Source: Theionarchaea archaeon (GTDB lineage Archaea > Methanobacteriota_B > Thermococci > Methanofastidiosales > SZ-28-30). From it: 64,000 bases of DNA. This document shows positions 49,178-59,086 of the stretch, piece after piece; positions within the stretch are counted from its first letter, which is position 1, and the number at the start of each line of letters is the position of its first letter. The notes beneath the pieces are model-generated. The model was not told the DNA's origin. It worked only from the letters and a program-made list of their open reading frames with translations, and did not search any database. A program made the translations under genes and the position numbers. Where the stretch lies: positions 96,001 through 160,000 of the forward strand of contig JACVGT010000003.1 of the NCBI GenBank assembly GCA_018992685.1, written 5' to 3'.

Positions 49178-50364
49178 CAGAGCACCTCCTTCACCAGAGA
49201 TTCTGTGTCTTTGAAGACCACTTTCTGCTTGCAGAAGCCGGGCAAATACTGGGCTGCTTTCCCGGAGTTACAACCAGTTACTTTGTATCCCATGGCTTCA
49301 ATGGGTGACACGACCATGCAGGTATCTGCCACGATGCGTCCACCTGCTTTTTCAATAGTTTCTGTGTAACCCATGCGGTTGGCTGCTTCCTTCATTACTC
49401 TGGAAGTACAGACCCACAGAGGTTTCTTCAAGGCCTTCCCTTCTAGCAGAGAAGCTATGTGCTGAATATCTTTCAGCGAGGCATGAGGACAGCCAAGAAT
49501 GACAATATCAGGGGGTTCTCCTGAGTTTAATGCATCATAGGTTTCCTCTATCTCTTTTTCTGTAACAGAAATCTTCTCGATGTTCTCTGTCTTCTGGAGA
49601 TGGGCCTCTGGAGTCAATCCTTCAGCGTAGTACAGAGCCACAGCACCTGATGCCGCCATGGCGGCGCCCAGTGCCTTCAGGTTGTCAGTTGTTGTCCATT
49701 CAGGAAGTCCCCTATAGTACGGGATCTTATCCTTGACTACCTTTCCGATGTGCCAACCCAGTGCTCCGAAATCTGAATCTTTCTCAAGCCGTGCAGAGAC
49801 ATCTATCACAAAATGAGGAGCTCTGTTTTCATCCACATGGAGACCGTAATTGGGTGTCTTTCCCAGGAGCGCTGCAGCCAGTGCACTGGGACCTCCTTCC
49901 CTGTTTGTCCGGGCAGAAAGCACTGAATTGGCAAAGGATACAGCTGATGATTCTGACCAGGCTATGTGTTCTCTGAACCGGGGCAAGTTGCCTGCGAGGT
50001 ACGGGGTACAGGTAGAGGTTACAATGATACCCATGGTCTTGAATGCGTTCATGATCCGCAGTTGCTCTCCTGCAAAATCTGCAGGGAATCCTACAATATC
50101 CCAGTCTTCGAGATCCATTCCTGCAGGGTTCAAAAAGGTCAGAACCTTCACTCTGGCCCCCTTGGATGCCAGGTCTTCCAGAAATTCAGTCCCAGGATCC
50201 CCAATTGACTTGTAGCTCACGCCTGCCACCTGGACGGATCCCACGGGGATCATTTTGTCTGCCCCATAGATGTCGCCCAACCGAGAAAGCAGGCGCATCA
50301 TTCTTTCCAGCACGGGGCCCTTTTCTCCATTTAAGATGTTTTCTTCTTCTTTGGTCAAATACAT
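49177..50364 (-). CDS. Aconitase X catalytic subunit (phosphomevalonate dehydratase large subunit)
   Basis: MYLTKEEE, GVSYK, TCTPY, WSESSA, ARTNREGG, GCPHAS, DTCMVVSP, SGKAA.Y. Confidence 0.92.
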   Translation of the reverse strand: MYLTKEEENILNGEKGPVLERMMRLLSRLGDIYGADKMIPVGSVQVAGVSYKSIGDPGTEFLEDLASKGARVKVLTFLNPAGMDLEDWDIVGFPADFAGEQLRIMNAFKTMGIIVTSTCTPYLAGNLPRFREHIAWSESSAVSFANSVLSARTNREGGPSALAAALLGKTPNYGLHVDENRAPHFVIDVSARLEKDSDFGALGWHIGKVVKDKIPYYRGLPEWTTTDNLKALGAAMAASGAVALYYAEGLTPEAHLQKTENIEKISVTEKEIEETYDALNSGEPPDIVILGCPHASLKDIQHIASLLEGKALKKPLWVCTSRVMKEAANRMGYTETIEKAGGRIVADTCMVVSPIEAMGYKVTGCNSGKAAQYLPGFCKQKVVFKDTESLVKEVL

Positions 50365-50672
50365 GTTACCAACTCCTTACAATTCCTCACAATGATCTCA
50401 ATTTCTGCTTTTGAAGCATTATCAATGTGGATGCCCCCCACAGCCACACAGGTGACCTTGTACTTCTCACTCGCCTCGCGTGCGATAGGTTCTAAAATTA
50501 GGTAATCATAGTGCGTTCCCAGCCTTACCGTGATGATGTCTTTTCCTGGTTCTCCTACCACAACGCTGCCTACATGCGGCCGTTCGCCCCCACCCAGGAT
50601 ATACAGTCTATCCACGCCAATTTTCTCTTCCTTTAGCCACACCTTGTATCTCCCTTCACCTGAGGTAATCAT
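50355..50672 (-). CDS. LpdD-like prenylated-FMN chaperone
   Basis: G.D......GG..PHVG, H.D, GIHIDNA...EI motifs; adjacent to UbiD. Confidence 0.7.
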   Translation of the reverse strand: MITSGEGRYKVWLKEEKIGVDRLYILGGGERPHVGSVVVGEPGKDIITVRLGTHYDYLILEPIAREASEKYKVTCVAVGGIHIDNASKAEIEIIVRNCKELVTCI

Positions 50673-51969
50673 TGAGATCGACATCCGTATAGGATACCTT
50701 CTGATATTTCTCAGGGTCAACTCCCGGGGGTATGGTAGCATCTAACCCCACTTTGGCTGTTTTGGTTTTCTTCCCTGAATGGTCACCACTGGGATCAAGA
50801 GAGGAACCGGGCTGATCTGGATGTACAACAAGATCACGGTGTCCCTGAAACCTGGTAGCAATGGCCCACTCCACAGCGTAGGGATTATAAATATCCACAT
50901 CCTCATCCACGATAACCACGTGCTTCATGGACCCATGTCCCTTGAAGGCTGCTTCGATGGCATTTCTTGCATCATCAGGCCCTTTCTTTTGAATCTGGAC
51001 AATCCCGTGCAGCCATGAACCCCCACCTAACGTGACCAGCACATTCTTACAGCTAGCTACCTTTGATACCTCATCGTAAATGGTGGGTTCTTTGGGCATC
51101 CCCATGAGGATTTTATGTTCCATTCTCCCGGGTATGAGTACCTGCCACATGGCATCTTTGCGATGTGTGATACAGTCGATAACGAATACAGGTTCCTGTC
51201 GTTCAAAATCTCGAGTTTCAGTGAGGTCTACGAAGGGCCCTTCTCGATCAAGGTCACGGGTAATCCTCCCTTCCAGGACGAACTCAGATTCAGCAGGTAC
51301 TTCGAGGTTCTTGGTGCGACATTTCACCAGCTTTGTTTCATCCAGTGCATTGGCAATGGAAAGCTCATCAGTACCTGGAGGGGGTCCCAAAGAGGCAGCA
51401 ACCATGATGGGGACACTATTCCCCACGCAAATCGCCATTTCCAGGTCTCCTTCCGTCTTATCGTAAGTCGTGCGGGTCTGCCTCTTAGGAATCAGCCGTG
51501 CAGTACATGTGTTCTTCCCAATCTGCATGATCCTGTGGTAACAGGCATTTCTCCCCGTCTCAGGGTCTTTGATGATGGCTACTGTGGCTGTCCCATACCG
51601 TCCGCCATCGCCAGGCAGGTGGAATAGCATGGGGATTGCATCCAGGTTCACCTCATCTCCCTGGAGGACCACATCCTGACAGGGGGCACTTGAGACCATT
51701 TCAGGTTCTTTTGGGCCCCTCAAAGCTTCTACAAGTTTTATGAGAAGACCTTCTTTGGTAGTACTGAGAGCGCGGGCTATGATATCTCTGTCTGACGTTA
51801 TGCCCCCAAACAAGGGGAATTCAAACCCTTTCACTTTCTCAAAGATGGTGGGCTTTTCGCACAGTGTGTTGAGGATATTGGCTACCTCGTATTCATGACT
51901 TACTGGTCTTGTTATGCGGACCAGATCTCCCGTTTGTTCCAGATTCTTCAGGAATTCTCTCAGGTTCAT
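50656..51969 (-). CDS. UbiD-family decarboxylase (anhydromevalonate phosphate decarboxylase)
   Basis: HR, E.VLEG, EGPFVD, VDEDVD...VEWA.ATR, SSLDPS, K.GLDAT; in operon with mvk and AcnX. Confidence 0.9.
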   Translation of the reverse strand: MNLREFLKNLEQTGDLVRITRPVSHEYEVANILNTLCEKPTIFEKVKGFEFPLFGGITSDRDIIARALSTTKEGLLIKLVEALRGPKEPEMVSSAPCQDVVLQGDEVNLDAIPMLFHLPGDGGRYGTATVAIIKDPETGRNACYHRIMQIGKNTCTARLIPKRQTRTTYDKTEGDLEMAICVGNSVPIMVAASLGPPPGTDELSIANALDETKLVKCRTKNLEVPAESEFVLEGRITRDLDREGPFVDLTETRDFERQEPVFVIDCITHRKDAMWQVLIPGRMEHKILMGMPKEPTIYDEVSKVASCKNVLVTLGGGSWLHGIVQIQKKGPDDARNAIEAAFKGHGSMKHVVIVDEDVDIYNPYAVEWAIATRFQGHRDLVVHPDQPGSSLDPSGDHSGKKTKTAKVGLDATIPPGVDPEKYQKVSYTDVDLNDYLR

Positions 51970-51982
51970 ACTATCACCTTTA

Positions 51983-52909
51983 TTACACTCCAATTTTTGT
52001 CTTTAAGACTGAGAACCCTTTCTTTTTAATGGCCTTGGAGACCTTTTCTTGCAGCGACTCACCCGGGGTTAGGGCAACCATGTACCCGCCAAGGCCCCCT
52101 CCTGTCATTTTGGCACCGAAAGCACCTGCCTTCCTGGCAGTCTCTACGAGTGCATCCAGGTCGCCATTGGATACTTCTATTTTCTGCAGTAGTTGATGAT
52201 TGACATTCATGAGTCTGCCGACTTCTTTCAGGTCAGAGGATTCCAGAGCTTTCCGCGCGTCGTACGCTATATTTCGAGCTCGGCTGAATATCTTGTCATA
52301 CTCTTCGGGGTTTTTTTCCCTGCGTTCTTTCACTCCCGCCACTGCTGCTTTGGTGTTGGCAACGGTTCCTGTATTGCCCATGACAATTTCTACAGGTTGA
52401 GGGATTTTCATGAGATCAAAGGTGTTGGGTTCTCCTTTTACAAACCAAATCATTCCACCATATGTGCTGGCTGTATTGTCAACTCCTGAGGGTGTCCCAT
52501 GGTATCCTTTTTCCCCTTCGTAGGCGATTTCGTTAATTCTGTCATCATCCAATCCCATGTCAAATAACTGATTGAGTGTCCTGGCAATGGCAGTACAGCT
52601 GGCAGCAGAAGCTCCCACTCCAGATGCAGCAAATAGGTCACCTTTCAGTGTTATTCTGAGGTTCGCATTCATTGAAATATCCATGGCCCCGAGTATTCTT
52701 CGCAAGGAGTCTTCTTGATGTTCCTTTTTCTCTTCCTTGTAACCAGGGGTAGCCGGTCTGTTATCAATGAGCTGGATACCACCGGAATCAGTTTTCTCTG
52801 CAATGGCGACAGTTGCATCACTGATTGCTGACACAATAGATGGGATGCCATACACCACAAAGTGCTCATTAAACAGAATACATTTTCCGTAACCTTTCCC
52901 TTCTGCCAT
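51983..52909 (-). CDS. mvk: Mevalonate kinase
   Basis: GK.ILF.EHFVVYG, SGVGASAA, HG.PSGVD, GAKMTGGG.GG. Confidence 0.93.
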   Translation of the reverse strand: MAEGKGYGKCILFNEHFVVYGIPSIVSAISDATVAIAEKTDSGGIQLIDNRPATPGYKEEKKEHQEDSLRRILGAMDISMNANLRITLKGDLFAASGVGASAASCTAIARTLNQLFDMGLDDDRINEIAYEGEKGYHGTPSGVDNTASTYGGMIWFVKGEPNTFDLMKIPQPVEIVMGNTGTVANTKAAVAGVKERREKNPEEYDKIFSRARNIAYDARKALESSDLKEVGRLMNVNHQLLQKIEVSNGDLDALVETARKAGAFGAKMTGGGLGGYMVALTPGESLQEKVSKAIKKKGFSVLKTKIGV

Positions 52910-53258
52910 GTTCTCACCTAATAATTCGTTCTTAAAGCATAGGGACTCTCATATTTAAGGTTTTGTATAAACCTGTTTCGCCAAATGCCGAGAAGAATCA
53001 GACTGCCGTCTGCTCCTTCCAGCAGTCTGGACGGTGTTGAAAAACCCGTGCAATTGAGACAACACCAAGAAGAGAGCGTCTGAATTCGAGTATCTTATTC
53101 CTAGAATCTGAATGCCCTATTCTGGCAGAGGTAGGCTTTCACGGAGGGAATCAAAAGAAATGAGAAATTATGTCTTTCTCTTGATTTGTGCTTTTCTCCT
53201 CGAACAGCGTGTCGCAGATTCGTTAGAAGGTTTATATGTGAAGAGACAGACCTTTCTC

Positions 53259-54053
53259 ATGGATATTCCACCTGCTGTGAGCCAGCTGACAGAATACTGC
53301 AAGAATGTGTACACCCAGGCAGAGAGTGTCATTCACCAATGGGGACACATCTGGAGGACCACCAGAGGTGCAGTCTGGTTCGTCAGGACCACCGGAGGTT
53401 CACAGAGAGAACAGCTGCTGGCATACGTGGCAGGGATTCTCCATGATATCGTCCGTCCCATTACTGAAGAAACCTGTCATGCACAGGCCAGCGCGGATAA
53501 AGCATTACTCGTCCTCAACGGCTACCTCGAATTCACCATATCCGAACGGGAGGAGATCTACAATGCCATAAGGGACCATAGAAGACCAGTATCCTGGAAA
53601 ACTCGTGTGCATCAGAGCGTATACTTGTCGGACAAGGTACTTGAACACATGGGTGCATACCTGGACTTCAGGGGCGCTGTGTGGGCAGGGGAGCTCTCCA
53701 GAACCGATCTTAGAGGTCTGGAACCGGTGGACGCTGTCATCACTTATTACCGGAAGGCATCGCCAAAGTTTCTGACTGGCCTTTTTCCCGACCATGTGAA
53801 GAATCTGGTGGAATATCAAGTGGAGTGGAACAGGAAATTCCTTTCTGCACTCGAGAGAGGAGAAGTATGGGCCTGCCAGATGGCAGAAACCTTCTTCAAC
53901 AAAGGCAGACAAAAACACGAATTCGAACATGCCCTGCAGTCTTTCAACCCTCACGACAGAAAGCAGCAGAAGTGGACCCATGAAATGAGGACCTACGTCA
54001 CAGGTCAAAAATTCTCTCTGTTCAAAACCCTGATAGATCACAAGAAAAACTAG
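53259..54053 (+). CDS. HD-domain protein
   Basis: HQWGHI.R, LHD, HA, DH, SDK; TATA TTTATAT ~28 nt before ATG 53259. Confidence 0.8.
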   Translation: MDIPPAVSQLTEYCKNVYTQAESVIHQWGHIWRTTRGAVWFVRTTGGSQREQLLAYVAGILHDIVRPITEETCHAQASADKALLVLNGYLEFTISEREEIYNAIRDHRRPVSWKTRVHQSVYLSDKVLEHMGAYLDFRGAVWAGELSRTDLRGLEPVDAVITYYRKASPKFLTGLFPDHVKNLVEYQVEWNRKFLSALERGEVWACQMAETFFNKGRQKHEFEHALQSFNPHDRKQQKWTHEMRTYVTGQKFSLFKTLIDHKKN

Positions 54054-54059
54054 GAGAAA

Positions 54060-54902
54060 TTATGTAACTACTGCACTTCCATATCCAACAATGAGACTTT
54101 TTTCTCCTGAAATATCATATGAAGTTCTGTACTCCAGAATTTTGGCGTTTTCCAGCCCCAGATTCCGACACGCAACAATCATGGCTGCAATACATCCATA
54201 CCCGCACGCAGTTGTTACACTAGCTGCTTCATGCACCTTTTCCGGAGACATCTCCTCTATCCCTCCCAGTATGTCTCCATCTGCTTTTTTCATCCACTCC
54301 AAAGGATCTTCTCTGGTGGGGAGGAACCCATAATACGAACCAAAGTGAGTCAAATCGCTGGAAGCCACAATCCCCACGTTCTTCCCGTGGACAGCTTCTG
54401 CAATCGCTATCCCCACTTCTCCAGCAGTTTCGTTATCCTGCATGGCCATACAAATCGGGACAAACCTGGTACCCCCAATATACTGGATAAAGGGGACCTG
54501 GACCTCTATTGAATGTTCCCGGGAGTGTGCTGTGGTATCATCATCCATGATATCACACAGGGCGAATATGTCTCTCGCCAGCACCTCGTCGATAGCCAAT
54601 GGTCCAAACGGACTCTCCCACGTTCCTGCAGTCACAATGGCCACACCTGATCCAATTCCAGCATGGTTGGGGCCTAAAACCACAAAGGTGTCAGGTGAAT
54701 GCTTTCTGAACTCCACATACGTATGAGCTGCTACCTGCCCTGAATATTCATATCCTGCATGTGGAGCGAGCCCTCCCATCACAGAGGGCGTTCCGGGTTC
54801 AGGCAGTCCTCCAAGTGAGGAGAAGAAGGTGTCCAACGTTTCGCGCAATCGAGATTCAGAACCAGGGTAAAATCCGCCAGCTGCAACAGGTCTTCTAATC
54901 AT
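54060..54902 (-). CDS. MEMO1/AmmeMemoRadiSam protein B
   Basis: AG.FYP, PHAGY.YSG, GPNH, EHSIEVQ.PF, SSDLTH, CG, VGY. Confidence 0.93.
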   Translation of the reverse strand: MIRRPVAAGGFYPGSESRLRETLDTFFSSLGGLPEPGTPSVMGGLAPHAGYEYSGQVAAHTYVEFRKHSPDTFVVLGPNHAGIGSGVAIVTAGTWESPFGPLAIDEVLARDIFALCDIMDDDTTAHSREHSIEVQVPFIQYIGGTRFVPICMAMQDNETAGEVGIAIAEAVHGKNVGIVASSDLTHFGSYYGFLPTREDPLEWMKKADGDILGGIEEMSPEKVHEAASVTTACGYGCIAAMIVACRNLGLENAKILEYRTSYDISGEKSLIVGYGSAVVT

Positions 54903-54999
54903 GGAGTATTGTGCTCAGAAGTCTTTAAATAATTATCCATCTGCACATGCGAATGAACCATGCGTCTCTCTTCAACCCAAAGAAGGCACCTGTTTCCTC

Positions 55000-55596
55000 C
55001 TATTCCTTTGTTTCGAAATCTTCTAGAGGAGGCATTTCTGAGTCGTCCTTTAAGGTTCCGTTGGCCTTTAACATCTCCCGAGCCAGCAACCAGTACACCA
55101 GGGTCAGTGCTTTTTTTCCTTTGTTGTTCGTGGGAATGACAATATCCACATTGGTCAGCATGTTCTCTGAGTCACACAGAGCCACCACGGGAATGCCTAC
55201 GGTGGTTGCTTCTTTCAAAGCCTGGTAGTCTGCTCTGGGGTCAGTGACAATCAGTACATCAGGCTCCACAAAGTGATCACAGTTGGGATTGGTCAGACTC
55301 CCTGGGATAAAGCGTCCTGCCACTGCTTTCGCCCCCGTCCATTTGGCAAACATCTCCACTGGTTTCATTCCGTATTGTCTGTTGGAAACCACCAGAATCT
55401 GAGGGGGGTTGAATTTGGCCAGGAACTTACCTATTTGACCAATTCGAGTATCAGTGGTCTTCACGTCCAGGACGTACAGACCGTCCTGTCTGACCCGATA
55501 GATGTATCTTTCCATGTGTCGATTCTTCTGTTGTGTACCAATATGAATGCCTGATGCAAGGTATTGATCCAACGAGATGAGGAGTTCTTCGTCCAT
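55000..55596 (-). CDS. rps2: 30S ribosomal protein S2
   Basis: [26 protein letters not shown]. Confidence 0.96.
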   Translation of the reverse strand: MDEELLISLDQYLASGIHIGTQQKNRHMERYIYRVRQDGLYVLDVKTTDTRIGQIGKFLAKFNPPQILVVSNRQYGMKPVEMFAKWTGAKAVAGRFIPGSLTNPNCDHFVEPDVLIVTDPRADYQALKEATTVGIPVVALCDSENMLTNVDIVIPTNNKGKKALTLVYWLLAREMLKANGTLKDDSEMPPLEDFETKE

Positions 55597-55624
55597 AATT
55601 TCACCTTTTGCAAACATGAGGGAA

Positions 55625-55725
55625 TGGGGCCGCCGAGATTTGAACTCGGGTATCCAGCATTTTGGTCACAGATTCTATCTGTAAACCCCAAGCTGAGAGG
55701 ATGGACCAAGCTACCCTACGGCCCC
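55625..55725 (-). tRNA. tRNA-Pro(GGG) with 26-nt intron (55660-55685) at position 37/38
   Basis: GGGGCCG/CGGCCCC acceptor stem, D arm TAGCTTGG, GTTCAAATC T loop; BHB with TTGG/CCAA helix and GGT/AAT bulges. Confidence 0.93.
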
Positions 55726-55735
55726 ATTTCACGAG

Positions 55736-55936
55736 TTACCCGTGAGTTTCATACTTGAGGATTTCATCCTGAAGATCCACATGAGTGAGCATCATGCGTC
55801 TGCAGCAGTACCGCTCCAGGCCCAGATCATCCATAATCTGTTTGGGAGGCTCTCCCTGGGACACCCTGCGTGAAAACTCCTCCCACAAATGACCAATGGG
55901 TTTCCCACAGGTAAAGCAACGGACAGGAATGATCAT
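55736..55936 (-). CDS. rpoN: RNA polymerase subunit N (Rpo10)
   Basis: [12 protein letters not shown]...RYCCRRM. Confidence 0.97.
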   Translation of the reverse strand: MIIPVRCFTCGKPIGHLWEEFSRRVSQGEPPKQIMDDLGLERYCCRRMMLTHVDLQDEILKYETHG

Positions 55937-55940
55937 TGAA

Positions 55941-56345
55941 TCACCGGTACGACTTCTGCTTCTTTGCCCTGGGCCCTTTGCTGGAGGCATTGGGCTTGTG
56001 GGGTTCTGTTCTCCTGAAATCCCCTTTCAGCATGGTTCTATCATAGTCCAGGTAGATTTCCCGCAGGTCCACGTCCTGGGTCCACTTGACCAGTCCTCTG
56101 GCAACAGCCATGCGCACTGCATCTGCCTGTCCCATGAATCCGCCGCCTTTTGCATCAATGTTGATATCCACTTTGTCAGGAATGTCACCTGCTAGAATGA
56201 GAGGCTCCATAATCTTCAGTCTGGCTATTTCTGGCTTCACCAGAGGCAGGGGGACATTGTTTATGCGCACCCTTCCCTTCCCTTCTTTGAGAACAGCCCT
56301 AGCAATAGCTTCTTTGCGCTTGCCTGTGGATTGCACGATCTTCAT
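55941..56345 (-). CDS. rps9: 30S ribosomal protein S9
   Basis: [20 protein letters not shown]. Confidence 0.97.
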   Translation of the reverse strand: MKIVQSTGKRKEAIARAVLKEGKGRVRINNVPLPLVKPEIARLKIMEPLILAGDIPDKVDINIDAKGGGFMGQADAVRMAVARGLVKWTQDVDLREIYLDYDRTMLKGDFRRTEPHKPNASSKGPRAKKQKSYR

Positions 56346-56764
56346 TTGCTCACCTCGTATCCCAGAAAGTGGGATATTTCACCTATTGTAACAAAGCTGG
56401 AGGTTCTCTCCAAGATGCTATCAATGGGTACTTCATCTGTCTTTTTATACTTTTCCGGTACTCCAGTGAAAACCTGCAGGTTTTTCAGAGCCTTTCTTCC
56501 CCGTATCCTGCGAGAAGGAAGCATTCCTTTGATGGCCCGCCGTACGATGCCTTCAGGAGTCCGGGGGAAGTGGGGACCTCTCCAGGGGTTGGCAATATCT
56601 GCCCGGTCAACTCGCTGCTTGTATCTACGAAAGACATAGTCCTTGCTCCCTACTATGACTGCTTTCTCTGCTTTGACGATGGTGACTTCTTCTCCTTCCA
56701 GCAGTTTCTTTGCCACAAAGGACGCCATTCTTCCAAGAATCAGGTTCTCTGCATTGATGATCAT
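56342..56764 (-). CDS. rpl13: 50S ribosomal protein L13
   Basis: ILGRMAS, GPHFPR.P, GMLP. Confidence 0.96.
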   Translation of the reverse strand: MIINAENLILGRMASFVAKKLLEGEEVTIVKAEKAVIVGSKDYVFRRYKQRVDRADIANPWRGPHFPRTPEGIVRRAIKGMLPSRRIRGRKALKNLQVFTGVPEKYKKTDEVPIDSILERTSSFVTIGEISHFLGYEVSK

Positions 56765-56768
56765 AGTA

Positions 56769-57128
56769 TCACTCCAGAATCCTAACTCCCCTCCCCTGGG
56801 GGTTCTCTTTCAATAGTTCCGGTATGGTCAACGTTCTTCCTCTTGCATTGATCTGTTCTCGTGCACTCTGAGAAAAGGCAAATGCAGAAACAATCACTGC
56901 GTGATCCAGAACACCAGCTCCCAGGACTTTTCCAGGGACAATTACTGTTTCTCCTTCCTTGGTATGTCTGTTGATCTTGGAAAGGTTAACTTCCGCTTTA
57001 TGTCGGGTAGGTCTTGATAATCGTTTTGAAATATCAACCCATAGAGGAACATTATTCTGATATCCCTCTGCCTTCAGTAGCTTTATTAGTGATACGAGGT
57101 TGGGATTTGTCTTTTGAATCTTCTTCAT
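56769..57128 (-). CDS. rpl18e: 50S ribosomal protein L18e
   Basis: TNP.L, VNLSKI, VPGKVLG.G, NPQG; GAAGGTGA RBS before ATG 57128. Confidence 0.95.
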   Translation of the reverse strand: MKKIQKTNPNLVSLIKLLKAEGYQNNVPLWVDISKRLSRPTRHKAEVNLSKINRHTKEGETVIVPGKVLGAGVLDHAVIVSAFAFSQSAREQINARGRTLTIPELLKENPQGRGVRILE

Positions 57129-57404
57129 GTACTCACCTTCTGAACTCTTTCGCATTTCTGCTCGCTCAGACAGTCTTGTGAGTATTGTTGCTTTTATAAA
57201 GCTTTTGGTTATAACTGGGTCCAGTGGAGGATTGAAATCCTTTTATTCCAGGATCACAGGCTCTTCCCCCGGATGAGGTGTGCTGGATTATTCTTGTCTG
57301 AAATCCAGTGGATACCTGAGGATACCCTGTATTGAATTATAGTGTGCTTTCGTCAGTTGTGTAAATTGAATCTGCTTGTGGCTGAATTCCGGTTTTAAGC
57401 GGGG

Positions 57405-58085
57405 TTAGGAATCAGATACTGCCTTGAGAACTTCATCTGTGAATCTGTCTTCGGGGAGGGCACCCTCAAAGCTGGCAGTTTCATTGATAACAATTTTGGG
57501 GACTGCCATCACATGGTATTTCTGGGCAAGATGAGGGAATTCCACAGATTCCACCATGGCTGCCGTAATATGATCCGATTCCACTGCAAGTTGATGGGCA
57601 GTGCTGACGGCCTGCGAACAATAGGGACAGGTCAGTGTGGTAAAAACTTGGATTGAAACATCCTTGGTTATCCCTTTGATCTTCTCTTTGGTGGTGTCCT
57701 TCAGGCGTGTCGTGCCCTGAGACACAGCCAAAATGGCCAGTATCAGCGGCGTGAACTCATACCCTGAGGGTATGCCATAGAACCTGACTCCGGGATCAAT
57801 GTGCCTTCCGTCTTCAGTCCTTATTACAGCAATGGCAGGAATCTTATCAATGGAATATTCCTGTGCCTTCTGGGCATCTTTCTGAAAATCGTTAATTTCA
57901 AGGCTAATTTTCGGGGATAGCTGGGCCACTTCTGTGAGAATGGTACGGGTTTCTTTGCAGAACTGACATTCTGTCTCCTGAGTAAAAAAAACCAGAGTTA
58001 CTGGATTCTGTAAGGCTTCAAAATGCTTCTGTATCTGGATTTTGTCTTTCTCCTTGAGGAATTCCTGTTGTTCCTTTTCTGGCAT
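57405..58085 (-). CDS. Protein disulfide oxidoreductase (PDO, two thioredoxin folds)
   Basis: CQFC and CPYC, FYGIPSGYEF, VMAVP, FEGA.P. Confidence 0.92.
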   Translation of the reverse strand: MPEKEQQEFLKEKDKIQIQKHFEALQNPVTLVFFTQETECQFCKETRTILTEVAQLSPKISLEINDFQKDAQKAQEYSIDKIPAIAVIRTEDGRHIDPGVRFYGIPSGYEFTPLILAILAVSQGTTRLKDTTKEKIKGITKDVSIQVFTTLTCPYCSQAVSTAHQLAVESDHITAAMVESVEFPHLAQKYHVMAVPKIVINETASFEGALPEDRFTDEVLKAVSDS

Positions 58086-58159
58086 GGGCTCACCGTCTAA
58101 CAGGTAGGAAAGAACAAATATATACCTTTGGACTCTTAGACCTTCGAGTTGAATACGCG

Positions 58160-58657
58160 CTACATGAACCGCTCAAATCGTTCTTTCTTCGCCTTGCAGA
58201 TGGGACATACCTCAGGGGGCTCATTCCGTGCACACAGGTATCCGCACACCCGGCATCTCCACACAGGCAGTGTCAGACTGTTTTTATGGTTCAGCTCTTG
58301 GATCCTCTCCCCGGGCGAGGGACGCCGCTCGGGTATGGGAGCCACCTTCTGCTCACCCCTGACCACAGCCTTTGACACATACAGTCCACAGTAGCAGGTA
58401 CCATAGTCTGTTAAATCTCTGTCCCGGTAGTCGCAGGGACATATTATGTCCAGATCATCACGGTAATTCCCGGAGGCCAGTCGGCAGGGGCAGGCCCCAT
58501 ACCCGTACCTCTTTTCGTTGACCAGTAATCCTTGTACCAGTTCCATGGTGACCTCAGTTTCGGGATTCAAGTCGTATCCTCCCTGCCCTGCTTCTCTGCC
58601 CAGTCTCTGGTATAAATCTTCAACCTCTTTTTCAGTCACGGTGGTGTCTCCATTCAT
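58160..58657 (-). CDS. Ferredoxin-thioredoxin reductase-like catalytic subunit with C-terminal rubredoxin-like domain (FDR type)
   Basis: CPC, CPC, CYC motifs; CRVC...CPIC. Confidence 0.9.
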   Translation of the reverse strand: MNGDTTVTEKEVEDLYQRLGREAGQGGYDLNPETEVTMELVQGLLVNEKRYGYGACPCRLASGNYRDDLDIICPCDYRDRDLTDYGTCYCGLYVSKAVVRGEQKVAPIPERRPSPGERIQELNHKNSLTLPVWRCRVCGYLCARNEPPEVCPICKAKKERFERFM

Positions 58658-58669
58658 GGAACTATCTCC

Positions 58670-58951
58670 CTATTTCAAAACCTCCTTGATATCATCTTCC
58701 TTGTACCCTACAATGCACGTTTCATTATTGATTACCAGCGTGGGAAATGAGCACTTGGGATTCCACTGCTTTATTTCATCCATCACGCCTTCTCTTTCTT
58801 CACCATGAAGTAGATCTGCATCCACGTAGTAGTATTCCACGTGTAGGTCATTGAGGAGTTTCTTGGTCTTCTTGCACCAAACACAGGTACTCAAAGCATA
58901 GAGCAGCACCTGGCCCTTGTTGTCTCCTTCTACATGGTTCATCTTGGTCAT
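58670..58951 (-). CDS. Glutaredoxin-like protein (methanoredoxin-like)
   Basis: LYALSTCVWCKK, SFPT, GY; GAGGTG RBS before ATG 58951. Confidence 0.85.
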   Translation of the reverse strand: MTKMNHVEGDNKGQVLLYALSTCVWCKKTKKLLNDLHVEYYYVDADLLHGEEREGVMDEIKQWNPKCSFPTLVINNETCIVGYKEDDIKEVLK

Positions 58952-59086
58952 GGCCACACCTCTCTTTATGGTATGTACACCTACACAGATAAAGTCTTCC
59001 CGTAATTCCAGATCTACCCTCTCCAAGTCCGAGGGAGTATTCTTCCAGGTTCTCGATGCATGCAATACCACTACCCGAGGAACCAC

